A stretch of 64,000 nucleotides of DNA from a virus (Duplodnaviria; Heunggongvirae; Uroviricota; Caudoviricetes), in IMG/VR virus record IMGVR_UViG_3300037313_001331; one strand, written 5' to 3'. Each line of letters opens with the position of its first letter. The stretch's first letter is position 1. Below the pieces are notes generated by a model. The model worked only from the letters and a program-made list of their open reading frames with translations, did no database searches and was not told the origin of the DNA. The position numbers and the translations under genes are program-made. Of this stretch, positions 28,413 to 37,422 are shown in pieces.

Positions 28413-28597
28413 AGATCTTCCTCGTTGATCACGTCCTTGTAGGAACCGGCGTCACCCAGCGCATCGAGCGGATCGCGCTTGCGCTTCGGTGGGATCGGCC
28501 TCTTCGACGGCACACGCTTGGGCTCATCGATGTCGAACGAGCCGTCGCCCAGAAAGTCCAGGCCGGCCAGCATGTCGTCGTGGTTGTCGCGTAGCAT
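28409..28597 (-). CDS. hypothetical acidic protein
   Basis: ATGA overlap. Confidence 0.45.
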   Translation of the reverse strand: MLRDNHDDMLAGLDFLGDGSFDIDEPKRVPSKRPIPPKRKRDPLDALGDAGSYKDVINEEDL

Positions 28598-28598
28598 G

Positions 28599-28937
28599 TC
28601 AGTGCAGCTCCGATTCGAGCAACCAGCCGATCTGCTGGCGCTCCGTGACCGGCAGCAGGTACAGGCGCCCTTGCCCGGTCGGACCCGGTTGGGTCATGAG
28701 TGAGTTGAGGACGGGGATGTAGGTCGCGACGTTGCGCAAGACCTTCTCGCCTTCCGGTGCGGGCGCCACGAACTCGTAGGCGAACACCTCGCAGTGCGCG
28801 TAGCCGCCGGACCGGCCGAAGCGCTCGACGATCACGAAGTCGGCGAGAGGGATGCCGTGGTGCTTAAGCCAGCTGACCGCCTCCTGCAGCCCGCCGGCGA
28901 TGTGCGTTTGAACGGAATTGAGTCGTGTGTCAGTCAT
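28599..28937 (-). CDS. hypothetical protein
   Basis: 112-aa ORF. Confidence 0.5.
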   Translation of the reverse strand: MTDTRLNSVQTHIAGGLQEAVSWLKHHGIPLADFVIVERFGRSGGYAHCEVFAYEFVAPAPEGEKVLRNVATYIPVLNSLMTQPGPTGQGRLYLLPVTERQQIGWLLESELH

Positions 28938-29010
28938 GACAAACCTCGTGGGGTGCGATGCTGAATGATCGAGGGGGCCCCTTGGACATGGGGGGTTGCT
29001 GCTTGGCTGG

Positions 29011-29124
29011 TCGCCCTACAATGCGTTGTGCCCTGTCGAAGGGCATGCCGAAAGGCTCCTCCCTCCATTCCTCCCATTACCTTTCGGCTAGGGGTCGGCC
29101 ACTTGTGAGCCGACCCCATTTTTC
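29011..29124 (+). ncRNA. candidate small RNA (promoter, structured CU-rich body, intrinsic terminator)
   Basis: CGCCCTACAATG -10-like box; stems TGCCCT/AGGGCA and GCCGAAAGG/CCTTTCGGC around CTCCTCCCTCCATTCCTCCC; GGGGTCGGC...GCCGACCCC then ATTTTTC. Confidence 0.4.
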
Positions 29125-29512
29125 ATACCGACCTCACCAGCACCGCGGTCCCCGCCTTGATCTCGGCAACAGCCTCGATCTCATCCAGCACCCGACAGTG
29201 CAGGAGCGTTTCGATGGGAAGGTCCACGCCGCGGGCGAAGCCCGCGATGCCGAAGGCGAAGCGAATCACCATCGAGACCACGAGCGACAGCAGGCCCAGC
29301 AGTGCCTCGCCCAGACCGTCGTGGATGCACGCCAGAACAACCTCGACCCACAGCCGCGTGGGCAGCAGGAAGACGTTCCAGAACGTGCCCAGCCATAGCG
29401 AGTTGAGGTAGGACGGGTTGCGGTACTTCAGGATCTGGTACGGCTCGGGCGTCCAATGCAGTCGCGCCAGCGCCGGGTTCAGCTCGAAGAGGACAGGGAA
29501 CTCGCCGGTCAA
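29123..29512 (-). CDS. membrane protein
   Basis: several hydrophobic segments. Confidence 0.5.
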   Translation of the reverse strand: MTGEFPVLFELNPALARLHWTPEPYQILKYRNPSYLNSLWLGTFWNVFLLPTRLWVEVVLACIHDGLGEALLGLLSLVVSMVIRFAFGIAGFARGVDLPIETLLHCRVLDEIEAVAEIKAGTAVLVRSV

Positions 29513-29712
29513 GACGCTCTCCTGAGTGCGAGCATTGCGGGCTCGATGATCCAGGCACCGGCGGCTCCGAAGAGCACGCCCGCGGCGAAGAGAAGCACCA
29601 GGTCCGAGAAGTACATCGGATGCATGCGCGGGGTCTTGGTCGGCTTGCGCATCCGGGGCTTGCTGATGGCGGTGATGGCGGTCATGGGCAGTTCAAGTTG
29701 TCGATGCGTCAC
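29509..29712 (-). CDS. small membrane protein
   Basis: ATGA overlap; hydrophobic C-terminus. Confidence 0.4.
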   Translation of the reverse strand: MTHRQLELPMTAITAISKPRMRKPTKTPRMHPMYFSDLVLLFAAGVLFGAAGAWIIEPAMLALRRAS

Positions 29713-29849
29713 TGTCTCGTGCGGGCTGCGGCTAGAGTTCGGCGGTGTGCTGCGTCATGAGCCTTGCTCTCGTCGGCGCTTTTCCACCACCTCGTCCACC
29801 AGCTGCTCCTCACGGAGCAGCGCTTCAGGCGTCGTCGCCTTGAGAATGT

Positions 29850-30164
29850 TCACCTGTGCTCCTTCGCAGGTTGCCAGCAGTCCTCGCTTGGTATCACTCG
29901 CGCCAAGTCGTCGTAGTAGCTTCCATGTGCGTGCCACAACTCCTCAACAACGTCGTCCCTCACCGTGCCCCAGGTCGTTTGCGAGCGGTGGCGCGCGTGC
30001 ACCTTTGCCCCTTCCGCAAATACACTGACGCCCTCCTCTTTTGAATTGGCACGGGAGTTGTGCGACAGGCTGTAGGAGTCGCGGGAGAGCACGGGACGGA
30101 ACACATAGCCGCCGGCCCGGACATAGAGCCCGTGCTTGTCCTTCTTGACTTTGGTCTTGCTCAC
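29850..30164 (-). CDS. hypothetical protein
   Basis: GTG after AAGGAGCGG; the upstream part of the longer ORF is Arg-rich and probably non-coding. Confidence 0.4.
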   Translation of the reverse strand: MSKTKVKKDKHGLYVRAGGYVFRPVLSRDSYSLSHNSRANSKEEGVSVFAEGAKVHARHRSQTTWGTVRDDVVEELWHAHGSYYDDLARVIPSEDCWQPAKEHR

Positions 30165-30745
30165 TTCCGCTCCTTCGACGTGGTCAGCACGAACGCCTGC
30201 GCCGGCAGCTGGAAGAAGCCGCGGTCGAACTGGCTGAAGAAGCAGGCCATCATCTGGTCCACGTCGTACTCGGCCGCGTGGGCGGCTTCTTTGTCGTAGG
30301 GCACGCCGCATGCGAAGCACAGGGCTTGCAGATTGGGGATCGCCCCGTCCGGGGTCGCCCAGCGCCCTTGCAGCATCGTGTCGATGAGCCGCACGACGGG
30401 CAGCGGGGCACCGATGCGAATGAGTTCGAGGAGCACGAACGGGATGTCGAACCCCTCCCCGTTGTGGACCACCATGTAGTCGCACTTGGACATCAGCAGC
30501 GAGAGCTTCGGCCCGACGGCATCCCACGTCGGGCAGCCGACCAGGTCCTCGAACTTGATGCCGTGCACCGCCTGGGCGTCGGGGTCGATGGAGCGCTCAG
30601 GGTTGATGCGTTGCACGTACTTGCCGATGGGCTCCCGGGAGTCGAGGTCGTACAGCTTCAGTGCCACCTCGATGATGCGGTGGCCCTTGGTCTGGTCCAG
30701 TCCCGTGGTTTCGGTGTCAAAGCCGCCGATGATTCGCCTGGTCAT
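30161..30745 (-). CDS. DnaQ-like 3'-5' exonuclease (DEDDh)
   Basis: Exo motifs GGFDTETTGLD, HNGEGFDIPF, HAAEYDVD; GGAGAAG SD. Confidence 0.8.
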   Translation of the reverse strand: MTRRIIGGFDTETTGLDQTKGHRIIEVALKLYDLDSREPIGKYVQRINPERSIDPDAQAVHGIKFEDLVGCPTWDAVGPKLSLLMSKCDYMVVHNGEGFDIPFVLLELIRIGAPLPVVRLIDTMLQGRWATPDGAIPNLQALCFACGVPYDKEAAHAAEYDVDQMMACFFSQFDRGFFQLPAQAFVLTTSKERK

Positions 30746-31020
30746 TGCGGCTTCTCCGCGAGGCCGCGCCAACGCACCAGACGCCACTTGTCCAGGTTGA
30801 TAGGGGCGTGACTGGAGCGAGCGAGTGCGTCGGCACTCTCCACCCCCTTCGAGCCGTATCGCCACCGCACACCATCGAATCTGTTGAAGAAGGCGTCCAC
30901 AACACCTTCGCCGATCAGCACCCACTCACACTCGTAGATGCCAGGCTCCCAGGGCTGCTGTGGCGGGTCGAACCAGTCACTGCGGTTGACCTGACCGCCG
31001 AGGTAGTAGACGGGCGTCAT
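30742..31020 (-). CDS. hypothetical protein
   Basis: ATGA overlap. Confidence 0.45.
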   Translation of the reverse strand: MTPVYYLGGQVNRSDWFDPPQQPWEPGIYECEWVLIGEGVVDAFFNRFDGVRWRYGSKGVESADALARSSHAPINLDKWRLVRWRGLAEKPQ

Positions 31021-31256
31021 GCCACCACCTTCGGAGCAACGACCTGCGGCAGCGGAATCGGCTGCAGGTCACGCTCCGGCACGGTGAAGAACGGGTAGCT
31101 GCCGTCAGCCTTGAGCGTCACGCTGACGTGATACACGCCAGTGGTGTTGGTGTCGTCTCGGGCGCAGCCGTAGTCGTGGCCGCTGCAGAGGTAGACGGTC
31201 GAACCAGCTGCGTGGTCGAAACGATCCTTGGTCAGCTTGTATGCCTGTCGGGTCAT
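31017..31256 (-). CDS. hypothetical protein
   Basis: internal ATG (MTRQAYK...). Confidence 0.4.
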   Translation of the reverse strand: MTRQAYKLTKDRFDHAAGSTVYLCSGHDYGCARDDTNTTGVYHVSVTLKADGSYPFFTVPERDLQPIPLPQVVAPKVVA

Positions 31257-31349
31257 GGTGTCCCTCGAAAAGTTGATGTGTGCATGGTCGTGCGCAGCAC
31301 TCGGCAAGTGCTCTGGACGACCGGCCCGCCCATCACGCGGGCCGATCAA

Positions 31350-31586
31350 TCACTCGCAGTACTGGAACTTGTCGCCCACGTGGCCGTAGAAGCCATCGCG
31401 TGTCATGCGCACCCGAGGAGCCTCACCGATGACCTCCATCACCGTGTTCGGACCTTCGATGATCACGATCTCCACCTGGAAGCAGGAGAGCGACTTGGGC
31501 GCCGGCGCCGGAACGGGGACCTCTTCCTTCTTCGTGCAACCTGCCAGCACGAAGACCAGCACCGCGAGTGCGATGAAGGCGCGCAT
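31350..31586 (-). CDS. small lipoprotein
   Basis: signal peptide and LAGC lipobox. Confidence 0.55.
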   Translation of the reverse strand: MRAFIALAVLVFVLAGCTKKEEVPVPAPAPKSLSCFQVEIVIIEGPNTVMEVIGEAPRVRMTRDGFYGHVGDKFQYCE

Positions 31587-31589
31587 GGC

Positions 31590-32405
31590 CTACTTCACGT
31601 TGATGAAGGGAACCGCGCCGGCGGCCTGGGTGGTCGGGAGTCGCCCGTCCCACTTGGCGATGGCCTGCAACTGCACGTACTCGGCACCGCCCTGCTTGGC
31701 GACCGCCTCCGCCTTGATGCGAATCGCGTCGGCCTCACCCTGGGCCTGGACACGCTGCCGCTCTGCGGTGATCTTGGCGTTCTCCAGTTGGTTCTTCTCG
31801 GCCTGCAGTTGGAACTGGGCCGCTGCGGCGGCCTTGATGTTCGCCTCCAGCGCCGGGTCCGTCAGCAGGTTGCGCACGTTCACCGTCTTGACTTGGAACA
31901 GCCCCTTGCCGGCGTCTGCGTCGAGCGACGCCTGCAGAGCCTTCACGGTCTCCGCTTCGAGCGCGGAACGTTCGGTGTGGATGGTCGCCGAACCGTGCTT
32001 GCTGACCACGTCGTAGATGGCCCCGCGGGCCTGGCGGGTCACGAAGTTCATGCCCACCGCTTCACAGCCGCCACCCTTGATGTCGGTCAGGTCGCCCGGC
32101 CACTTGGTCATGATCGCCGCGGCCTTGCCGGGGTCGATGTTCACGTACAGGTCCACGTCGAGGTCGGCCAGGGCGATCTTGTCGCTGGTCTGCGGCTTCA
32201 GGTCGTTGACGGCCATCGGCAGCTCCTTCGCGCACACCTCGGTGATGCGCTTGAACGCGGAGAAGTACATGCCGGGCGGCAGCGTCTCGTTCTTGACTTG
32301 GCCGAGCGCGGACTCGACGCCCACGTTGCCGGTGTCGATCTGGGTGCAGGCGCCCAGGCAGAGCGCTGCGAGCGCCATCGTGAATGAGAGGAACAGTCGT
32401 TTCAT
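31590..32405 (-). CDS. SPFH/band-7 (prohibitin-like) domain lipoprotein
   Basis: LGAC lipobox; SPFH-like core and Ala/Gln-rich coiled-coil C-terminus. Confidence 0.65.
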   Translation of the reverse strand: MKRLFLSFTMALAALCLGACTQIDTGNVGVESALGQVKNETLPPGMYFSAFKRITEVCAKELPMAVNDLKPQTSDKIALADLDVDLYVNIDPGKAAAIMTKWPGDLTDIKGGGCEAVGMNFVTRQARGAIYDVVSKHGSATIHTERSALEAETVKALQASLDADAGKGLFQVKTVNVRNLLTDPALEANIKAAAAAQFQLQAEKNQLENAKITAERQRVQAQGEADAIRIKAEAVAKQGGAEYVQLQAIAKWDGRLPTTQAAGAVPFINVK

Positions 32406-32408
32406 GTG

Positions 32409-32597
32409 TCAGATCACCTTCATGGTTGGAGAGAGGCCGATGAACACCGCGGCGGCCGTGGCCACTGCGGCAATGAGAAGGGGCACCAGCAGCTGCCGGA
32501 AGCCCTTGCGAACCTGTTTGCGCTCACGCTTCGTGAAGACGTGCAGCATCAGGAACGCCAGCGACGCAACGGTCGCGAAGAGAACGATGAACTTCAT
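32409..32597 (-). CDS. small transmembrane protein
   Basis: two hydrophobic segments flanking a basic loop. Confidence 0.5.
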   Translation of the reverse strand: MKFIVLFATVASLAFLMLHVFTKRERKQVRKGFRQLLVPLLIAAVATAAAVFIGLSPTMKVI

Positions 32598-33064
32598 GCG
32601 TTTCGCTCCAGTCCGGCGAGGATTCGGTGGATGTGCGCCTTCGCCGCCTTGAAGTCCTCCTGGGCTTCCTTGCCCCAGAAGCTCGCCCGGCAGGTGGGCT
32701 TCTCCTGATGAGCCAGGACCGCGGGCAGTGCAGCGTCAAGCACTGCTCGGGTCAGGCGCTCAGGCTTCCAGTCGCGGCTGTAGTGAGGCCCGCGGTGGCC
32801 GAGAATCTCGATGAGGTGACCCTTGTTGCAGCCGCGGTAGATCACCCCGGACGTGCACATCTCCAGCGCCTGGGCCAGTTGCGTCGCGTTCCAACGACGG
32901 AAGCTGGGGCGCCAGTCCCTGATGTCGCCCGACCGGTTCAGAGGGTCCCAATTCAAGTCCTTGTGGACCTTCGCATCGTGGTCGCGCCACTCAATCTCCC
33001 AGCCGGGGCTCGGCATCCAGTCGAGCACCGAGATCCACGGGAATTCCTTCCGGTCGTGGCTCAT
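32594..33064 (-). CDS. hypothetical protein, weak peptidase-like motifs (possible peptidoglycan hydrolase)
   Basis: internal ATG (MSHDRKEF...); GHLIEILGHRGPHYSRDW segment. Confidence 0.4.
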   Translation of the reverse strand: MSHDRKEFPWISVLDWMPSPGWEIEWRDHDAKVHKDLNWDPLNRSGDIRDWRPSFRRWNATQLAQALEMCTSGVIYRGCNKGHLIEILGHRGPHYSRDWKPERLTRAVLDAALPAVLAHQEKPTCRASFWGKEAQEDFKAAKAHIHRILAGLERNA

Positions 33065-33477
33065 TCCAAGCCCCGCGAGCTGCCGGCGAGCATCCGGCCC
33101 GTGTTCGCCTGGATGGTCACTGCGCGGTCGTCCCACAACTCGACCATCCCGTAGTCCTTGACGCACGTGACCGGCAGCGCGTGGCCGAAGGTCTTCTGGC
33201 ACCAGGCGTGAATCGCGCACAGCGCCTCGAACGCCTGCCGGCCGCGGTCACCCTCCGGCACGGGGACCGAAGCGCCAGGCCGGGCCACCGTGGTGATCGG
33301 CCACATCCGGGCCGTGAAGATGCGAACCTCCCACCCTTCGTTGAGCCAGCGCTTCACGCGCTGCACCATCGCCGGCACCGGCTCGCCGATGTGCGACGCG
33401 CCCTTCCAGCCGTCGTAGTGCGCCAGGGTGCCGTCGAGGTCGACGCCGATCCATCCGCCGTTGTCGCTCATGGCCAC
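33061..33477 (-). CDS. HAD-superfamily hydrolase-like protein
   Basis: N-terminal DLDGTL motif I. Confidence 0.55.
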   Translation of the reverse strand: MAMSDNGGWIGVDLDGTLAHYDGWKGASHIGEPVPAMVQRVKRWLNEGWEVRIFTARMWPITTVARPGASVPVPEGDRGRQAFEALCAIHAWCQKTFGHALPVTCVKDYGMVELWDDRAVTIQANTGRMLAGSSRGLE

Positions 33478-33478
33478 C

Positions 33479-33955
33479 TCAGTGCACGCTCAGGCCGAGA
33501 CCGTGGGTGTCCGTGGTGACCACGGTGTGCCCCAGACGCTCCGCCAGCAGGTCGATCAACTGGCCCGTGGACAGCTCGGTGAGCCCCAGGGCCCGACCGC
33601 GGGCGGTGTCCTCGATGCCGATGGCTTCGGCCGACAGGCCCACCTTCTCGGCGATGGCCTTGATCAACACTCGGCGGGCGCGAATCAGCTCGCCCTTGTC
33701 GCCGAAGATGGAGTGGTTCTTGTAGAGCGACGTGATCATGTCGCCGCTGTCGGGCGAGACCACGCACTCCAGAACCGTGTCGGTGTGCATGTCGTCGCGC
33801 CGGTACAGGTAGAACCAGCCGGCGTCCACAGTGCCGCCGAACGCCTGGTGTTGGGCCATCTTGGAGGCTTCCTTGAACTTCAGGCTCAGTTCAAGCGCGA
33901 TGCGGTCGGCGTTGACCACGACCACGTCCTTGTAGGCATCGAGTGCGGGATGCAT
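33479..33955 (-). CDS. hypothetical protein
   Basis: 158-aa ORF. Confidence 0.5.
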   Translation of the reverse strand: MHPALDAYKDVVVVNADRIALELSLKFKEASKMAQHQAFGGTVDAGWFYLYRRDDMHTDTVLECVVSPDSGDMITSLYKNHSIFGDKGELIRARRVLIKAIAEKVGLSAEAIGIEDTARGRALGLTELSTGQLIDLLAERLGHTVVTTDTHGLGLSVH

Positions 33956-33967
33956 TGGGTCCTTTCT

Positions 33968-34351
33968 TCAGTTGGTGTTCGTGTTCAGCGCGCCCGGCAG
34001 CGGAGAGTTCCGGGGCTTGAGGGCGTGCTTTGCGCGGATCTCGGGCACCTTGGTCCAGACGCGGTTCAGCTCAAGCTGGCCGCACTTCTCCATGTCGAGC
34101 CCATGCGCGCTGCACAGTCCGGCCAGCGTGACCATCACGCCGCCCGCCTCCTGGTAGCGCTCGCCCACGGGCCGGCTGAAGACGTAGTCGACAAGCATCA
34201 GCACCTCCTCGCGGGTGGTGCCGGCCGCCTGCGCCAGTTCCAGCGCCTCTTCCGTGAAGCGGTGGTTGCGCTCCCGCTGGCTGGTCGCATCGGCCTCTCC
34301 AAAGCAGGCATGCATCCAACGGGTGACTTCTTGTTGAAATTGGCTCATCAC
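33968..34351 (-). CDS. MazG-like nucleotide pyrophosphohydrolase
   Basis: all-alpha pattern with EEALELAQA / EEVLMLVDY acidic motifs. Confidence 0.45.
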   Translation of the reverse strand: MMSQFQQEVTRWMHACFGEADATSQRERNHRFTEEALELAQAAGTTREEVLMLVDYVFSRPVGERYQEAGGVMVTLAGLCSAHGLDMEKCGQLELNRVWTKVPEIRAKHALKPRNSPLPGALNTNTN

Positions 34352-34770
34352 AGCTCCACGTAGCCGCTCTTCTTGAGCGTGTTGAAAAGGGCCTTCAGCT
34401 CGGTCTCGCGCTCGCCAACGTCGACGCTGCGCGTGGTGGGCTTCCCCACCTGTTCACCCGACAGCGCGTCGCGACGCTGAATCGCGTATCCCGGGCGATC
34501 CGGGAACCACGCGAAGGTCACGGTCCCGCCCTTGCCCAGGAAGTGCTTCTTGAGCGGTTCGGGCGGGCAGCTGTCTGCCGTCATCCCCACCAGGGCCAGC
34601 ACCGACTCATCGATCAGCCCGCTGGTCACCTGCCACAGCGAGCGACTCACCAGGGCCAACTCGCGCTTGGTCATGCGGTTGCGCTCGACGCGGTGAACCA
34701 GCACTTCCAGCTGCTCGACCGTCTTCCGGGCAAGCTCTTCGCTGATGGTTGGGGGTGCTTCAAACGTCAT
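34348..34770 (-). CDS. hypothetical protein
   Basis: ATG directly after class A box plus ACACACAA; no SD. Confidence 0.5.
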   Translation of the reverse strand: MTFEAPPTISEELARKTVEQLEVLVHRVERNRMTKRELALVSRSLWQVTSGLIDESVLALVGMTADSCPPEPLKKHFLGKGGTVTFAWFPDRPGYAIQRRDALSGEQVGKPTTRSVDVGERETELKALFNTLKKSGYVEL

Positions 34771-34776
34771 TTGTGT

Positions 34777-34788
34777 GTCACTACTGAC
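34777..34788. promoter_or_regulatory. class A box
   Basis: minus strand GTCAGTAGTGACACACAA directly followed by ATG 34770. Confidence 0.5.
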
Positions 34789-34807
34789 TTACTCACCTGG
34801 ACAAAAA

Positions 34808-34836
34808 TAGGCGGGCACGGAGGCCCGCCCCTATGG
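34808..34836 (-). terminator. intrinsic terminator between two class A boxes
   Basis: minus strand GGCGGGC-ctccgt-GCCCGCC followed by TATTTTTGT. Confidence 0.5.
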
Positions 34837-34846
34837 CACATCGTGT

Positions 34847-34880
34847 GTCATCACTGACTGTCGAACTCATTATAGGGAGC
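34847..34880 (-). promoter_or_regulatory. conserved -10-like box plus class A box
   Basis: minus strand GCTCCCTATAATGAGTTCGACAGTCAGTGATGAC. Confidence 0.5.
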
Positions 34881-34896
34881 GACAGTCAGGCTTCGG

Positions 34897-35541
34897 TCAC
34901 TGGAGCGTGACAGCTCCTGCGGCCTTTGCCGCCTCCATCAACGCAAGGTGCTCCGAGATCGAGCAATGTGCGGCATGGATCACGGCGCTCACCCGGTCCG
35001 ACAGGTCCAGGTAGGCACGCGGCAGGCGGTAGTGCCGGCATTCCATGCGCTCATCCATCACCAGGCCGATGGCCAGCGCGTTGTAGTGCTCCATGAACGC
35101 CGGGCAGGCGGGCGCCTTGCCCTCCTCTTCCACCAGCGGGATGCCCGGCTGCACCACCACGATGGTTGAGAACCACCGGTTGGCCGCCTGTATGCAGCGC
35201 CCGACGTAGTCCACCACCAGCTGGGCGACCTCGGGGCTGCCCGCGAGCGTGGATCGCTGCACGTCGGCCAGGAGGTACGCGGCCCCGTCCAGGGGCGTGC
35301 GGTCCGAGATGAAGAGCCGGGAGACCTTCGTCGCCGCGGCGAACTGCTTCTCGAATGACTCCAGCAGCGTGTTCTGGACCGCCAGGCGCTCCTCGATGGG
35401 GTACTCCTTCCTGGGGTCCATGCCGCACGCGGCGTAGACGCCCCTGGCGTCGGTCTGCAGGAACGGAATGTCACAGCGCTGCGCGAAAGCCTTCGCCAGC
35501 GTCGACTTGCCCACGCGCTGGGCGCCAAGCAGGCCGATCAT
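34897..35541 (-). CDS. P-loop kinase, putative (d)NMP kinase
   Basis: Walker A GAQRVGKST; GGAGGG SD. Confidence 0.55.
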   Translation of the reverse strand: MIGLLGAQRVGKSTLAKAFAQRCDIPFLQTDARGVYAACGMDPRKEYPIEERLAVQNTLLESFEKQFAAATKVSRLFISDRTPLDGAAYLLADVQRSTLAGSPEVAQLVVDYVGRCIQAANRWFSTIVVVQPGIPLVEEEGKAPACPAFMEHYNALAIGLVMDERMECRHYRLPRAYLDLSDRVSAVIHAAHCSISEHLALMEAAKAAGAVTLQ

Positions 35542-36095
35542 TCGGGCGTGCCCTCCGCCAGCGTCACCACCCCCTCGGGCGCCTGCCTCATCGGGATCGG
35601 CACGATGAGGCCCGGAATCGCCGCGGGTTCGATGAAGCCCTCGCGGTCGCCGTCAGGCGTCTTCACCGCGATGCCGGTCGACCCGAATCCACCCTCGCCG
35701 CGTTCCGTGGACGGCAGCTCATCGACTTCCACGAATTCAGGCAGCACGAACGGCTGGAACATGATCTGGGCGACACGCTCGCCGGCCTGGACGACCTGGT
35801 CTTCCTTGCCGAAGTTGGCCAGGATCACACCGATCTCGCCGCGGTAGTCGCTGTCGATCACGCCCGGGGCGTTCAGCACGATCAGGCCCTTCTTCAAGGA
35901 CAGCCCGCTGCGCGAGCAGATCAGGCCGACATGCCCGTCGGGAATCGCCATCTTCAGGCCGGTCTTGATGAGTTTCCACTCACCCGGCGCGATGGTCTCG
36001 TCGTGGTCCGTGCACAGATCCACGGCTGCAGCTCCACGCGTCGCCGCGAAGGGAATGTTGGCCTGCGGGTGCACGCGCTGAGTTTGAACTTGCAC
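35538..36095 (-). CDS. dut: dUTP diphosphatase
   Basis: dUTPase motifs AAGVDL, GVIDSDYRGE, RGEGGFGSTG; GTG after AGGAGAGG. Confidence 0.85.
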   Translation of the reverse strand: MQVQTQRVHPQANIPFAATRGAAAVDLCTDHDETIAPGEWKLIKTGLKMAIPDGHVGLICSRSGLSLKKGLIVLNAPGVIDSDYRGEIGVILANFGKEDQVVQAGERVAQIMFQPFVLPEFVEVDELPSTERGEGGFGSTGIAVKTPDGDREGFIEPAAIPGLIVPIPMRQAPEGVVTLAEGTPE

Positions 36096-36133
36096 TGGTC
36101 CTCTCCTGTGAGTTGTTTTGGGGTTCCCTCTTC

Positions 36134-36175
36134 ACTGTAGGGAGCGCGGGAACCCCTTATAGGGAGCCGAAATTC
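36134..36175 (-). promoter_or_regulatory. two tandem conserved -10-like boxes
   Basis: minus strand CGGCTCCCTATAAGGGG and GCGCTCCCTACAGTGAAG upstream of dut. Confidence 0.4.
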
Positions 36176-36207
36176 CAGGACTTTTTTCGGCGCCGATTTC
36201 CCTTTCG

Positions 36208-36468
36208 TCAGCCAACGATGGCGCCCAGGCGCTCGGCGACCTGCTGGGCACGGGCCGCTTCGGCGACCGACGCCTCGCGCTGCTGCAGGTTGAAGTCGAT
36301 GGCACGCTGGTGCGAGGCAGCCTTGTCCTCGTGGTGCTGGCGCACGTGATTCAGGTCCTCGACGGCCTTCTGCAGCGCACTCACTGCGCTGTCCACGCTG
36401 GTCGGGCGGACCGGCGCCGGGGTTTGCTTGATGAAGCCGTTGAGCAGATTGGCGATGACTTGGGTCAT
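36208..36468 (-). CDS. hypothetical protein
   Basis: class A box, then AAGGA, then ATG. Confidence 0.45.
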   Translation of the reverse strand: MTQVIANLLNGFIKQTPAPVRPTSVDSAVSALQKAVEDLNHVRQHHEDKAASHQRAIDFNLQQREASVAEAARAQQVAERLGAIVG

Positions 36469-36486
36469 GATGTTTCCTTGGTGTGG

Positions 36487-36498
36487 GTCAGTACTGAG
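36487..36498. promoter_or_regulatory. class A box (variant)
   Basis: GTCAGTACTGAG; 19 nt before ATG 36468. Confidence 0.45.
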
Positions 36499-37422
36499 TC
36501 ACGCAACAAGGTGAGAGCTGCTGACCTCAGCCTCCACCTGATGACGGAATTGCAGCCAGCCCCGGAAGTTGCGGGACTGGAACTGCTTGAATGCGGCGGC
36601 GAATGCCTGGTGTTCCACCGGCGACGCATGCAGCGGCGTCGAGCCCACCAGGCGCTCGTACAGCGCAAGGTCCTTCTCGATGCTCGGGCGTTCGCCGTCG
36701 TGCGTCAGGTACGAGACCCGGGCACAGCGGGCAGCGCTGATTTTGGCGAGCAAGCGCGGGTTGCTGGGGTACAGCTCGCGCTCTTCCGGGAGCACGTAGG
36801 GCAGATGCCAGCCCTTCTCGGTCTCCCAGTCGGCATGCCGGCGCTGCACCGGCTCTGAGCCCGCCATGGCCTTGTTCATGGCCTGGGCCAGGGCGCGGAT
36901 CTCGGGCTGGGCATCGGCATGGTCACGCAGGGCGAAGAAGTTGTCCCAGTCCGTCGCCGTCACGATGACGCTGATGTACTGGAACGGCTCCAGAATGCGG
37001 TTGACCACCTGCTTGTGGTAGCCGGCCGCCGACATGGCTTCTGCGACTTCGGCCGCCCGCCGGGCTGCTTCGCGCCAGGCATCCTGCACCGACATGCTGG
37101 TGCGCTCGAAGGTGAACAACGGGCAGTCCGACGGGTTGTCGTGCTCGATGGCCTCCTCCAGAAGTACAGGCGCGGTGCCCTCTTCCGCCGCCTGCATGCC
37201 GGGCTGGTTCAGCCCCCAGTGCACAGGCATGGCCGGATCGTTGCGCACCTGGTCCAGCATCTTGGCCACCGGGATCGCACGGGAGCTGCTGGCGTTGCGG
37301 CTGAAGACGCGGTGGGTCATGAACTCCGCGTGGATGAAGCGCTGGTAGCGCAGCTGGAGGGTGATCAGCTCAACGCCGTTGTCGGCGACCGAGTGCTCGA
37401 TGACTTTTGCTGTTGCGGTCAT
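36499..37422 (-). CDS. thyX: flavin-dependent thymidylate synthase
   Basis: ThyX signature THRVFSRNASSSRAIP (RHRX7S type). Confidence 0.85.
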   Translation of the reverse strand: MTATAKVIEHSVADNGVELITLQLRYQRFIHAEFMTHRVFSRNASSSRAIPVAKMLDQVRNDPAMPVHWGLNQPGMQAAEEGTAPVLLEEAIEHDNPSDCPLFTFERTSMSVQDAWREAARRAAEVAEAMSAAGYHKQVVNRILEPFQYISVIVTATDWDNFFALRDHADAQPEIRALAQAMNKAMAGSEPVQRRHADWETEKGWHLPYVLPEERELYPSNPRLLAKISAARCARVSYLTHDGERPSIEKDLALYERLVGSTPLHASPVEHQAFAAAFKQFQSRNFRGWLQFRHQVEAEVSSSHLVA

